A DNA stretch of 64,000 nucleotides from Octopus vulgaris (lineage: Eukaryota), in assembly GCA_951406725.2 (NCBI GenBank), contig OX597820.1:46376001-46440000 (forward strand), in the 5' to 3' direction. The notes under the pieces were generated by a model. It had not been told where the DNA came from and did not search any database. It was given only the letters and a program-made list of their open reading frames with translations. The translations under genes and the position numbers were made by a program. Shown here in pieces: positions 1 to 14,699 of this stretch (positions within the stretch are counted from its first letter, which is position 1; every line of letters begins with the position of its first letter).

Positions 1-515
<515 letters not shown>

Positions 516-733
516 TCTTTTACTCTTTTACTGTTTTAATTGTTTCAGTCATTTGACTGCGATCATGCTGGAGCAGCGCCCTCTTACATACACATGCACA
601 CGTGTGTGTGTGTGTGTGTATACGTAGATATGTACGCGAGTATGTGCATAGTGTGTATATACAAATACCAACGTAGGAATGTGAAACATCTAACCAACGA
701 GTACAGAGATGCACGTATAGCTTCATGAACACA

Positions 734-774
<41 letters not shown>

Positions 775-973
775 TCTCTCTCTCTTGTTCCCTAGTTTTC
801 TCTTTCTGTCTCTCTCACTCTCTCTGAAAGGTGGTGAGGTGGGGGGGACAGAGAAATATCAAATGTCACAAAATCCTATATGTGGTATTCATAATTGTTG
901 TTGTAGCGATTGTCATATTTCTATATTTAGAATGAGTAGATGAGCCGAACCTCTCTATGAAATATATATGTAT

Positions 974-1384
<411 letters not shown>

Positions 1385-1409
1385 CAGGCTTATATACATA
1401 TATATATAC

Positions 1410-1576
<167 letters not shown>

Positions 1577-1577
1577 T

Positions 1578-1612
<35 letters not shown>

Positions 1613-1670
1613 TACATAGAATACACACACGCACACACACATATATTCATATACCTACACATATATACAA

Positions 1671-1721
<51 letters not shown>

Positions 1722-2430
1722 TTCATATCTTAATATATAGGTATATATACATATATACACACACAGATTCACATGTTTATACATACGTATATATATGTGT
1801 ATGTGTGTGTGTGTATGTATATATATTTATAAATATGTATATATACATATGAATATATATATGTATGTATATATATATATACATACATATATGTTTGTAT
1901 ATGTGTATGTATAAATATATACATATATGTTTGTGTATGTGTGTGTGTGTATCTATGTATATGCATATACATATTTATGTATATAAGTACCTATGTATGT
2001 ACGTAGACGCATAATTATATACATACACATCTATACGTACTCATACGCAAATACACACGCATCCTTTGCAACATCTGGTCTATCTCTTGAGAACCAGATA
2101 AGGTTCAGACCCAGAATTCTACTAACCCTTTACATAGCTCAGGTATCACTTGCATTAAGATTGCTGCTCCCACATCTTCGCCTGTGCTGCTACTGCTACT
2201 GCTGCTGCTGCTGCTGCTGCCGCTACGCATAGAAATTAGCGTAGAACGCATCTGCGAACGTGCCAAACCGTATGATAGACATGTGTCGCACATCAGCATA
2301 ATGGACGTCGAACTATGCTCTGTCTCTATCTCTCAGTTTCCCATCCCGTTTCTCCCGTTTCCTTTCGGCGTCTTCTATATGGCGCCTTATTCAGTCTGTA
2401 GTGATGTCTGATGACATCGCCTTTCCAACA

Positions 2431-2657
2431 CTAATCCTGTTGCATTCAGATTACTCTGTCTAAACATATTGCTTATTTATTTAAATCGGTTAAAATTCAT
2501 TATGCATTATGTCGCAGCTTCAAGATTTCAATTATGTAAATGAATATTTTTAGTGTGATAGTATATTGTGTGTGATAGTCTGAATCTGGTCAATTTATAC
2601 TTAAAACATGTTGAATATAGGGGCCTGATTTGGCCGGTTTAAATCCTAAATGGTTAA
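2431..2657. mobile_element. Degenerate piggyBac-like MITE
   Basis: Imperfect termini ctaatcctgttgcatt ... aatcctaaatggttaa, ending in TTAA. Confidence 0.4.
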
Positions 2658-2976
2658 AGACATTCTTATTTCTCCTCTTTTTCTTGACCCCAACACTGCA
2701 GCCTTCTTCATACACAAACCGTAGCGCAGTTCATCATCTTCAGAACATCAACTCTGGTGCATTCACTCCTTGTCCATCTCTTTTCTACAGCTATTGACTT
2801 ACAATTGGTCAAGTTCTTGAAGTACATGGTGTACCAGCAAATGGCTTTTCTACAAAACATTCGTCCGGGACAAACAAACGCTAAAAATCAAACTTTCTAC
2901 ATGCGTACGTATGTATGCATGAATGTATGTATTCGTGTGTGTATGTATGTATATATGTATATATGTATCTATCTGT

Positions 2977-3143
<167 letters not shown>

Positions 3144-3361
3144 GACACACACACACAAATATCCTGGCTACAAGTTATAGAATACAAATTATGGAATGTA
3201 ATTGGTCACAATAATTCCGTCGGTTTCACATCAATTTTTTCTCACCAGACAAGTATTGACTTCACTTCGGCCAGTCACATTGTGGCCAGATAAAGTCAAT
3301 AAACAATAATACAATTTGTAACTAGCAGACAACGTTTATGTGTACGTTTGTTCATGTATGC

Positions 3362-3438
<77 letters not shown>

Positions 3439-3960
3439 CTAAACGTTTTATCTTCTCTTTCGGAGAATAACTTCTTGATAACTGACGTATATAATTCTAC
3501 ACAAAAGGCTCAAATATTTACCGAGAAATTTCCAAATACCAACCGGTTCAAATAGTTTATTTCTCACAAAATTGCCATATATTGGTAAAGAGTTCAGTTA
3601 CTCGCCAATTCTAAGCTTTCAATCACAATGTCTGCCATTTTGCAATTCCTTGTTCTACCTATCATGATACTGAAAACATGAAAGTACCATATATCTTTGC
3701 ATATGAACAGATGATAATACATTACATGTTTTGGGAATATTAATTGAGTAGATAGTTTCTATTTACCGTAACAAATGGAATTCCGATGTGTTTACGAATA
3801 TGTTTGATTACATAATACCACACTAGTTTTCTTAATCATTCACTTGAAAAATCGGCAACATATCTGATAAAATATACTCTTTCTATGAATTATGTAATGA
3901 TTCTTCGTTTCCAAACACATTCACTAACATGCTTATATGTGTAGGTGCGCATATATGTAT

Positions 3961-4007
<47 letters not shown>

Positions 4008-4083
4008 TTCATCTCTCTCTCTCTCCCACTCTCTCTGTATGTATATATATATATATATTATATATATTATTTATTTTATATAT

Positions 4084-4189
<106 letters not shown>

Positions 4190-4465
4190 ATCCTTAATTC
4201 CTTAAATCCTTAAAAATGTTTTAGCCCGAAGGCCGCGGCCATGCTGGGGCACCACCGCTGAATGAGCTACACTAACTTGTGAATCCACCTCTGATACGTG
4301 GCACTTGATCAACAAGGGAGTTCGATGCTGCTGCCCGCATCCGCGTCTCCTGTCGTGAGGTAGGTTTATCTGGGACTCCCGACAAGAAGAGATCCAGTTT
4401 AGTTTTAAAGAAACCCACATCCACACCATGTAAGTCTCTCTGGCATTTAGAGAGGATGTTAAAGA
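4190..4465 (-). mobile_element. 5'-truncated CR1/L2-group LINE: ORF2 C-terminus plus 3' UTR with short tandem-repeat tail
   Basis: Translation LFNILSKCQRDLHGVDVGFFKTKLDLFLSGVPDKP...RAAASNSLVDQ matches the CR1-group C-terminal pattern. Tail is (ttaaggat)n, inserted in (GATA)n. Confidence 0.8.
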
Positions 4466-4474
4466 GATAGATAT

Positions 4475-4511
<37 letters not shown>

Positions 4512-4512
4512 G

Positions 4513-4548
<36 letters not shown>

Positions 4549-5049
4549 TGATTGATTGATTGATTATTGACATTAAGGAACGTAACTGATACATGCTTGT
4601 ATGAATGTTTGTACGTATGTACATGTATACATTTGTCTGTATGAAGGTACATAAAACGCATGCTGTCAGTATGTGGATGTATGTACAATGTACACAACGC
4701 ATAAGTTTAATGAGAACATGTTTAATCATATTATCTCCTCAAATAATATTATTGGGTTTTTGTCTTGACAATCAAGGAAAGACAACTCAATAAACACGTA
4801 CATAGATACATACGAACACATACATATACATACATACATACATACATACATACATACATACATACATACATACATACATACACTCATACATACATACATA
4901 CATACATACATACATACATACATACATACATACATACATACATACATACGTAGAATGTTGGCATTATATACCAAACATAAAGATCTGTGAAGCGATAAGA
5001 ATAAATGCACAGTAATAAAAGTAAGTTGACCAACAGACAATAAGGTAAG

Positions 5050-5545
5050 GCGAAGCGAAATCTATAATAAAAATACTACAGTTGGGGTTGAAGTTTAAGT
5101 ATAGTTTTTTTTTTTTTAATATATATACATCATTCTGTGATGCACCTGAACTCATAATTTATGATGATACTTGGGGTCAGTAGGTGCTTTAGATCTTTCA
5201 GCATCAGACACCTTCACCGAGGCGACCCAACCGTAATTGATTAAGCTCCCGCTTGCGTCCACTTAGCACTACGCGCGGTAGCGCTGCCTCCTCCGTTACT
5301 CGCGCCTATAATTGATCAAAGTTTCACAATTCACAATATTACATGCCTATGGAGCCCTACCCTATTTGTATTTAGTATGCAACACATACATGAGGAATTT
5401 CTCCTCAGCCATATCGTTGATATACATACTCAGTTTACTACGAGCTTATATATTGAGTGTTCTCAATATTGGCAAATGTGTAATGTGTTTCGGCAAGGAC
5501 TCAAAATATATCAGTTGTTTATCGCAGCTAGCTTTCTTTAGAGAC
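5050..5545 (-). mobile_element. Possible highly decayed Penelope-like GIY-YIG C-terminal remnant
   Basis: Minus-strand pieces HYTFAN, SKLSMYI and ACNIVNCE occur in the order expected from the element at 46.9-47.7 kb, with many frameshifts. Confidence 0.35.
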
Positions 5546-5719
5546 TAGACCCAATCCTATATATATATATATATATAAATTTTAAAATTTGAACAACAGT
5601 GAAATTACTGGAATTGTCTCCCTTGCTGTTTAATTTTAGAACTTAATCCCGCCTAGAAGATAGTGTGTGTATATGTTTATGTATTCATCCATGACCGTAT
5701 GTATGTGTATAATATATCT

Positions 5720-5856
5720 AGCTTGTTTACCAACCACATGGCTGTGGGTTCACTTCCACAGCGTGGCACCTTGGGCAAATGTCTTGTATTATAGCCTCAG
5801 ACTGACCAAAGCCTTGTGATCGGATTTGGTAAACAGAAACTGAAAGAAGCACGTCG

Positions 5857-5912
<56 letters not shown>

Positions 5913-6252
5913 TTGAGTTGTGGGGTATCGCACGAGTGGGATTATATAAGAAAAAAGGTTTGAAAATGCAATTTAAACGATGTTTATTTACTTAACCGGT
6001 TTCACTCTTTGGTAAAAGATTGTCAAAAGTTACATTTAAGGAAACATTGAATAATATGGGTTCAAAAAAGTTTTTTACATAATTGTCACATTGAATATTA
6101 TGCATTGAAAAAAATGTATTGCGTATGTATATTGCATGCATATATTGTGTATGTATATTACTTACATGCTGTATGTGTGTATTGTATGTGTGTATATATA
6201 TGCTAGGTGTATTTGTGTGATATTTATATTATGTATGCTAGGTGTATTTGTG

Positions 6253-6283
<31 letters not shown>

Positions 6284-7152
6284 GTTGTGTGTGTGTGTGT
6301 TATATATCTGTGTATGTTATATATAGATACATGTTATATTTGTGTGCTGTGTGTATATGTGATATATGTGGGTGCGTTGTGTGTGGGTGTGTGTGTTCTG
6401 TGTGTGTGTGTGTTGTTTGTATGTGGTGTGTGTTTGTATACTATGTGTGTGTGTGTGTGTGTTGTTGTGTGTGTGTGTGTTTGTGTGTATATATATGTGT
6501 GTGACAAACAGACGCTATCTGACCAGCAGGCACGGACACATCTATTCACACCCGCATACTAACCTCCTGATAACCCCAAAATCATTCATGCATAAAGGGG
6601 AAGTATACACCACATTGGCTACTTCTTCTGTTCTCTCAGTTCAGCCTTTCTGCTAATACTGACAGGTCAGTAAAAACATACTTAAAATATTCTGAGATGT
6701 ACAAAAAATCCATTTTAATTTTTGCTGTCAAAACGCTGTATATATATACCAAAGATTGTATATATATACATGTAATGTGACAATTTGCGACAACCAATAA
6801 TTAACGCAACCAATTCCCAATAATATATTTGTTTTATCCTTTTCTGCCAAATTTTCCCAAATATTCTCATCACACTATTGAACTTCTCTGTTACCAAACA
6901 CTATATTTATACATGTAATGTGACAATTATGTATAAAAAAACATTTTTGAATTCATAATATCCAATGTGACAATTATGTAAAAAACTTTTTTGAATGCAT
7001 AATATTCAATGTGACAATTATGTAAAAAACTTTTTTTGAACCCATATTATTCAATGTTTCCTTAAATGTAACTTTTGACAATCTTTTACCAAAGAGTGAA
7101 ACCGGTTAAGTAAATAAACATCGTTTAAATTGCATTTTCAAACCTTTTTTCT

Positions 7153-7189
<37 letters not shown>

Positions 7190-7450
7190 ATGTGTGTGTG
7201 TGTGTGTATGCATGTATGTATATGTGTGTATGTGTGTGTGTGTGTGTGTGTATGTTTGTGTGTCTGTGTTTGTCCCCTACCATCGCTTGACAACCGATGT
7301 TGGTGTGTTTAAGTCCCCGTAAGTTAGGGGTTCAGCAAACGAGACCGATAGAATAAGTACTGGGCTTACAAAGAATACATCCTGGGTTGATTTGTTCGAC
7401 TAAAGGCGGTGCTCCAGCATGGCCGCAATCAAATAATTGAAACAAATAAA
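5720..7450 (+). mobile_element. SINE family 1 split by a ~1.3 kb foldback insertion in its internal microsatellite
   Basis: 5' half at 5720-5858 (ggcaccttgggcaa...gaaagaagc) and 3' half at 7250-7450. Confidence 0.8.
5944..7157. repeat. Inverted repeat with ~170-bp arms (5944-6115 / 6985-7157), Penelope-tail-like
   Basis: aaaaaaggtttgaaaatgcaatttaaacgatg...cacattgaatattatgcatt is reverse-complemented at 6985-7157. ~44-bp tandem subunits at 6917-7040. Confidence 0.9.
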
Positions 7451-7475
7451 TATATAACAAATATATAAGTATGTA

Positions 7476-7532
<57 letters not shown>

Positions 7533-7566
7533 GCATACATACATGCATGTGTGTGTGCGCGCGCTA

Positions 7567-7825
7567 GGAAGCATGGCGTAGTGATCGAGAGATCGTGATC
7601 TCTTTTTCTAAACCGGGTAGTGTGTTATGTTCTTGAGCAAAACACTTAATCTCACGTCACTCTGCGATCACTTCGACACCTGACGTGTGGTACACCGTGC
7701 ACCTGTTCAGACAACGTCGATTTGATGGAGTGAGTGAGCTAATGCACGTATATTTGATCACTGTAAACAAATCATTTGTGAAAAAGTTCAACACTCATAC
7801 GTCGTCTTCGACGGGACAGCCCATT
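7567..7825 (+). mobile_element. SINE group 3 (tRNA head plus V/Meta-like central block)
   Basis: Degenerate A box (tggcgtagtga) followed by gtgttatgttcttgagcaaaacactt. Confidence 0.65.
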
Positions 7826-7842
7826 ATACATACACACATACA

Positions 7843-7871
<29 letters not shown>

Positions 7872-7873
<2 letters not shown>

Positions 7874-8050
7874 TCTTTTATCCGTTTACTTGTTTCAGTA
7901 ATTTGACTGCGGCCATCCTGGAGCACCACCTTTAGTCGAGCAAATCGACCCCAGTACTTATTCTTTGTAAGCATAGTGATTATTCTATCGGTCTCTTTTG
8001 CCGAACAGCTAGGTTACGGTTGTCAAGCGATGTTGGATGGACAAACATAA

Positions 8051-8118
<68 letters not shown>

Positions 8119-8256
8119 GACGGGCTTTCAGTTTCACAAGGCTTTGGTCGGCCCGAGGCTATAGTAGAAGACACTTGCCCAAGGTATCACGCAGTGGGAC
8201 TGAATCCGGAACCATGCGGTTGGTTAGCAAGCTACTTACCACACAGCTACTCCTGT
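7872..8256 (-). mobile_element. SINE family 1, near full length
   Basis: Head (A box tgtgtggtaag, B box ggttc..cc) and tail are both present around an internal (CA)n(TA)n tract. Confidence 0.9.
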
Positions 8257-8436
8257 GTCTCTCTCTATATAATGATTGAATTATATATAATTGGCACTTA
8301 TGTTGTTAATCCTATAATAAATGAAAGGCAAATTCGACGTTGGTGCGATTTGATCTCGGATCGTAGACAAAATACATTCCGAGACAGAATGTAGACAAAA
8401 CAAAACGTATTACGAAACATTGGCTGTGACTGCGTT

Positions 8437-8622
8437 ATTCTTTTCTACTCTAGCCACAAGGTACGAAATTTTAGGAGAGGGCGCCAGTCGATTAGACCAG
8501 TCGACCCCGAAAGGATTAAAGGTAAAATCAACTTCGGTGGAATTTGAACTCAGAATGTAAAGACAGACGAAATACCGCTCAGTAGCTCGCCCGGCACGCT
8601 AACGTTCTACCAGCTCGCCACC
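8437..8622 (-). mobile_element. SINE family 2 (Nin-domain-like tRNA SINE)
   Basis: Reverse complement of the ggcgagctggcagaa...gagttcaaattcc...cctttcggggtcga consensus. Confidence 0.85.
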
Positions 8623-9144
8623 TTTTGTCTGAGTGCGTTATTATAATAACTGATCTTACATTGGTTTTTTGCCAGTAAAAGAAATAATTATTTATTAGTA
8701 CTGTGTCGAAAACCCAGTATTTGGATTCGTGTGTACGACATTCCAGAAATAACATTTTTTAATTCTCTTTAATTCGTTCTCTACGAAGAGAACTAATAAA
8801 CAAACCAAAGAAAATTGGTGCAGTGCCAAGTGAAAAAAGAAATCTATCTTGTATCTACAAGCCCACACAAACTACATACACTCATACACATTTATAGTAG
8901 TCATGTAGCTTGCTAGAAAGTTCTAAAAGCAGCGGTAAGAGGAAATAAAACTAAACTGCTCGTGTCTGAAAAACGTAAAATACGATAAATTAGTGTACCG
9001 TAAGGGGAGATAGATTCTGAAGTCTCGGACAAGGCCTCTCTTCAAACAGATGTTTACTTCTTTTACAAATTTCATGTTATGCTTCTGTCTGAGCAGTCCA
9101 TATACATACATACATACATACATACATACATACATACATACATA

Positions 9145-9600
9145 CATGGTGGCTGCCCCCTCGTTATCGAGTATGGTTATTGCACGAAGCTTAATCAATG
9201 TTGTTATCGTGCAATGCCTGTGCAAGAAGATTTTTTTTAAAGTGAAGAAAGACTGTGCACTGAGTCAATCCCACTCACTAAGCAACAGCAGCCATAATCC
9301 GAAAAGAAGAACAAGTCAACATCATCGGTAACCACTGAGCTGAAGGTTTAATGTTGGAGTTATCCCAGTTACCTGAGTTACCTTCTCCTAGAAGGATGCC
9401 CTAACAAAGGCTAGGAGTCCTTCACTCCCAATGGTTTAACCGCGCGAACAGGTATTCAGTCCGATTATTTCTGTCCCCGCGCATGATACAACCTTAAGAC
9501 ATTTATCGGATGGCCGTTGACTCTCAAGAGTTCCTCCGCCCTTTGACGGGTTTTGTTTTTCATCCCACAGGGTGTCCAATAAACACCCTCCTCACCAATG
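9145..9600 (-). mobile_element. Probable RTE-clade LINE 5' region fragment
   Basis: gagttaccttctcctagaaggatgccctaacaaaggctagga resembles the reverse complement of RTE 5'UTR motifs. Recognised from memory, not searched. Confidence 0.4.
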
Positions 9601-10112
9601 CATACATTAATTCATACATACATACATACATACATACATACATACATACATACATTCATGTATATATAAATACATATAGTGAAGCACAAACACTTGCACA
9701 CAAAAATGTAAAACGTGTGAAGCTCAGACTTTTGTATATTAAAGTGAAATGCATATTCACGGCAAAAATACAAGTATTTCATACATCCACACATGAAAAT
9801 ATACGCAATTCAACCGATCCAGACGATCACAAACATCTAACACGTTTTAACTTGGCTAATGGCCAGCTTAAATTTTCCAAATGCAAGTAATTGATTAAGT
9901 CTTAAAGAAAACTTACATACACACATACACACACAAGCACACACACACATACGCATATATATTATGTATATATGTATACGTATATACTGCGCAAACAGAA
10001 GCTGAGTAACGCATGATATATTCTTGGAAGCTGGAACTGCATAGATCATTTCTCCAATTTTCTGATCTTCGGAGTACTATGCAAAACGTGAAGTATATTG
10101 TAAGATCCGATG

Positions 10113-11380
10113 ACATTGGCTGACCAAAATATCTCATGGAATGTGACCAAATGAGGTTTATTTTTCAAGGCAAATAAGGCTTATTTTTCCATTGGTGTTG
10201 AAGTATTTGAATCCCAATGGTCAAGAAGCTTTCATCCTATTGGTATTTTTTTTAAAATCACTAACAGCAGACATGACGTCATCATCACTGCGATACTGGT
10301 TCCTAGCCAAGTGTATATTCATGTTGGGGAACAGATGATAGTCAGATAGGGCCAAATCAGGAGTATAGGGAGAGTGATCAACCATTTCAAAGCCGTAATC
10401 ACGCACAGCAACCATCGAAACTAAGGACTTGTGCACTGGAGTATTGTCCTGATGAAAAACAAGACTCCTTTCGTCAGTTTTCTTAGGCGTCTGGTCTTGA
10501 TAGCCTTTCGTAACTGCTTCACTATGTTGGCATAGTACTCTCCATTAATGGTGTGTCCTGTTTGAAGAAAGTCAATAAACTCAATGTCTTTCCCATCCAG
10601 AGAAACTGAGGCAATCATCTTCCCTGCAGAAGAAACGACCTTGGCCTTCTTCGGAGCAGGTGAGGAGAGGTGTTTCCACAGCATGGATTATCTTTTTGTC
10701 TCGGGTTCAATGTAATGAACCCAACACTCATCCTGTGTGAAGAAACTTGCAAGGGAACCAGACGGATGTGCCTTAAACAATGTTTTATTTTCCCGTGGTG
10801 TAATCAGCTTGGTGCACTTTTGATAAGGTATCAGAAGACGTGGCACTCATCTGAAAGAAACCTTCGTCATGTCAAGTTCACTGAGCAGAGTATTCTCAAC
10901 TATCTCGCGGTATATGCTAATAACATTAGCTATTTAATTTCTAATCAGTCGCCTGCCATACAGAATCTAGTGGTGATCACGATCAAGGTTTTCCTTGGTG
11001 CTGGCAGTTGCAGGACGTCCAAACCTTGGGTCATCTTCAAGACTCTCCCTTTCCCATCTAACTTCAGCTGCCCACTTTTGCACTGTTGATAAAACTGGAA
11101 TGCCATCCCATAATGTAACAACCATGTCAGCATGATGTCGTTGAGGGTTAAACCGTCTTGCTGCAGATACTTCATGACAGCACGATGTCAATTTTTGTTC
11201 ATTTACCAAAGAAGCTGCTACTAGTTACATTTGAAGTATTCGTTTGTCTGTCAGATATCAGTTTACCTGAAAACAAGCAATGCATTTATTAATAAGGAGT
11301 GTTGAAAGTAATGCAAGCAAGATTTCACAGCTCTAGCATCACTCCTTCATAGTCAGCCTATGAACTTTTCAGCTCACCCT
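10113..11380 (-). mobile_element. Near full-length decayed mariner transposon (irritans/Himar-like)
   Basis: Frameshifted transposase pieces: STVQKWAAE...ESLEDDPRFGRP, PKKAKVVSSAGKMIASV...TINGEYYA, HSPYTPDLALSDYHLFP. TIR gtcagcctatgaacttttcagctcaccct at 11352-11380; degenerate partner cattggctgac near 10114. Confidence 0.92.
10221..11209 (-). pseudogene. Mariner DD34D transposase pseudogene
   Basis: Four ORF fragments in different frames (10221-10436, 10421-10684, 10945-11175, 10967-11209) concatenate into a mariner transposase. Confidence 0.9.
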
Positions 11381-11906
11381 AATAAAGTGGCCTAGTGTGT
11401 TGTAACTTACTGTGCATGTATGTGTACGTGGTTACTGACGAAATTAATGAAATGAAGAAAGATCGGTTTGGTGCATTTAGAGGTGGACAGCAGTTGCAAA
11501 ATTTCCTATGTGGGAGATCTGTGATTTACTTGAAATGAAATCGATAGGAAGGTTCTACAAAATTGATCCTTATGGACAGAAAGGACAGTTTGTGATTTGA
11601 GAAGGGGAGAAACTTACAAACTGAGCAATGCACGCGTGCATATTTTGTTCTTACAAATAATTAATCAATAACAAAAGTAATTAATGAACACATCCCTTAA
11701 TATAGCAATCAAATTGTGTTGCATCTTAGGATATCTTGCACAAGTCAATCAAAAGAAAAGCTCCATGAGCTACACGCAGAGGAAGATTTGAACCTGATTC
11801 TGCAAGTTAAATATTCAACAATGCTTACAATGCTTACACGAAAAAGGTCTCTTACTGTATGGAACCTATATGCAGCTAAGTGGATTGAGGAACTGATCAT
11901 TTAGAA

Positions 11907-12256
11907 CCGTGGTTCTCAATCGAGGTTCATATAAGTTTTTTGAGAGTCCACGCAATCAAATTAGTAAACTGGGGATCCACAGTAGTATTCTAAGGGTCCA
12001 TGAAAAGTTTTGATATAAATGTATGTATTACAAGAAACAGCTAGGTTCCTTTCTTTGACATTCCTGGGCCGGGTGACGCGATGTATTCTTGAGCAAAACA
12101 CTTCATTTCACACAGTTCAACGTACACAAGGAATTTTCAAACGAGTATATATAAAATTAGTTTTTAAACATCGAGTGTCTATGGGGGGTGGGGTTCACCA
12201 AAACAGAATAGTAAACAATGGGGTCCATAGGTTAAAAAAATGGTTGAAAACCACTG
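11907..12256. mobile_element. hAT (Charlie-like) MITE
   Basis: TIRs ccgtggttctcaa / ttgaaaaccactg. Degenerate 8-bp flanks atttagaa / gttaagag. Confidence 0.7.
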
Positions 12257-12335
12257 GTTAAGAGAGTTATACTTGTGGCATTCTGAGAATCGACTTCTCA
12301 AATGGTTATCTGGCACCATCTCTCTCTCTCTTTAT

Positions 12336-12585
12336 GGAGAGTGTGGCTTTGTGGTTAACATGTTGAACGTATGATCGTATGGTTGTGGTTTCGATTTCTG
12401 GGCCAGGCGACGCGTTGTGTTCTTGAGCAAGACACTACATTTTCACGTTGCTCCAGTCCATTCAGCTGGCAAAGATGAGTAACCCTGCGACGGACCGATG
12501 TCCTGTCCAGGTGGAGAATACGCCATTTGAAACCGGGAAACGGCCCTTATGCGTCGACATGACTCGAGATGGTTACCTTTACCTC
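12336..12585 (+). mobile_element. SINE group 3 with V-SINE-like body
   Basis: tRNA head, then gttgtgttcttgagcaagacact...gctccagtccattcagctgg, then aaccctgcgacggac...ctgtccagg. Confidence 0.75.
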
Positions 12586-12885
12586 CTTCTCTCTCCAGAT
12601 GATGGGCAACAGTAAATTTAAAACATATGAACTGATCGCACCCAATGCATGCCGAACATAGTGAATGCAAATAGCAAATCATATTTTAATGCAAATCTTT
12701 AATTTTTGTGTTTGTCAGCTAGAAAGAAGGTACATAAGCGCTGCATGTACCCGATTTTAATTACGTCGTCAAGAGTTGCTCATAATACAGTCTAACATAG
12801 CTGATGATTTTAGTTCAAAGGATTAAGGGAACTGATAAAAAATATGTTGAAGTGTTACCATCATCTAATATTGGCTACTTGTTAG

Positions 12886-13098
12886 ATCTCTTTAACTTGT
12901 TTCAGTCATTTAACTGCGGCCATGATGGGGCACGGCCTTGAAGACTGTTATTCGAACGAATCGACCCCAGTAATTCTTTTTAAAGCCTGGTAATTATTCT
13001 ATAGTTCTCTTTTGCCGAACTGGTAAGTTACGGAGACGTAAACACACTAACACCGGTTGCCAAACGGTGGTAGGAGCAAGCACACACACACACACACT

Positions 13099-13157
<59 letters not shown>

Positions 13158-13318
13158 GGGTTTCTTTTAGTTTCCATCTACTAAATCCTCTCACAAGGCT
13201 TTGGTAGGCTCGAGGCTATGATAGAAGGCACTTGACCAAGCTGCAATACAGTGGGACTGAACCTGGAACCATGTGGTTGGGATGCAAACTTCTTATCACC
13301 CAGCCACGCTTGCGCCTA
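12886..13318 (-). mobile_element. SINE family 1, full length
   Basis: Head and tail flank an internal (CA)(TA)n tract. Confidence 0.88.
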
Positions 13319-13984
13319 TTGTTTCGAATAGTTTAGACTCTGTTCGTCGTCAAGCAGATAGTTGTTGTTGTTTTTATTGTTTAATATCGATTATGATCGA
13401 GTAGTGATATGATCATGTGTAGTCCAGTCCAGACAATGTCGTCTTTTATTAAAGAATAGTGTATATCATGCAACATTATCCAAAGTTAACATCATCTAAT
13501 GTTGGCTACTTTTAGATCTCTTTAACTTGTTGATCCCATTTTTGGGGGACGTGCAAGCAAATAGAAGTTCCGTTTAAGCTCAATGACTGAAATAAAAGAG
13601 AACTGTCATTATATTAACAGATTTTGCAACGCTTTTATCCACTATGCCAAATGCCGCGTTGTTTCTTATCATTAGAAAACGCTATTTCACAAAAAAATAA
13701 ATGGAATAAAATGATAATGAAATGTCAACAGCTCCAAAAGAACTAATAGCAAGCAACTTATCTCAGTAACCTAGGCATTTTGAAAGATGATTCATTGAAA
13801 TCCTGTTTCACTTAGTAAATGAATGTTAATTGTTTGTTTTAACTAGCCTTTTATACGGTGGCAAGATTTTGAAGAAGCAGAAGAACAATGAAAGCCTGTC
13901 TTGATCTTCTCCTATAATCTGTACAACTATTCATTGTTTATATTTTAAGAAACTCAGAGTAGTCACAAAGTCATTCATCACTGA

Positions 13985-14020
<36 letters not shown>

Positions 14021-14699
14021 TGTATGTATGTATGTATGCATGTATGTATGTATGTATGTGTGTATATATATATATATATGGATGTATGTATGTGTGTATA
14101 TTTGCATATATATATGGATGTATGTATGTGTGTATATATGTATATGTATATAGTATATATATATGTATGTGTGTATACATACTCATGTATTATATTCTAG
14201 TTCTTAAGTTTGTGTCTATGCGCATATTTGTGTGTGTGTGAATCTGCTACTAATATCTTAGACTAATTTGGCAATTTAAGCAACCAGCTTTCGTGTGACG
14301 TCCCTGAGGCTTCAATATTATCACGGTGTTCTTATACTGACATATTCTTTCACTCTGCTCTTCCTTCTCCCTTCTCACTCTTGAAATTACTATCCGTATC
14401 TCTATCGCCATGTTTCTAGCTATCTGTTTGTTTACCTACCCGTTTAGCTAGCTTGATAGCTAGCTAGTTAACTAACTAGCTAACTGTTTATCTATAAAAT
14501 ATTTGCCAAACATATCAGGAATATATCCTAAGCCTACAAAAAGAACTCAATATCGCTAAGCTGGAGTAGATGGAGAAAACATACATCAGAGATGCTTTGC
14601 CTCACACAATAGTTACACAGGGGATATTGATGCCACAAGCTCTTCTGATGGTGACGAATGTTATCGCAATGCTGGAAGCCATTCTCTATCTTCAGCAGT

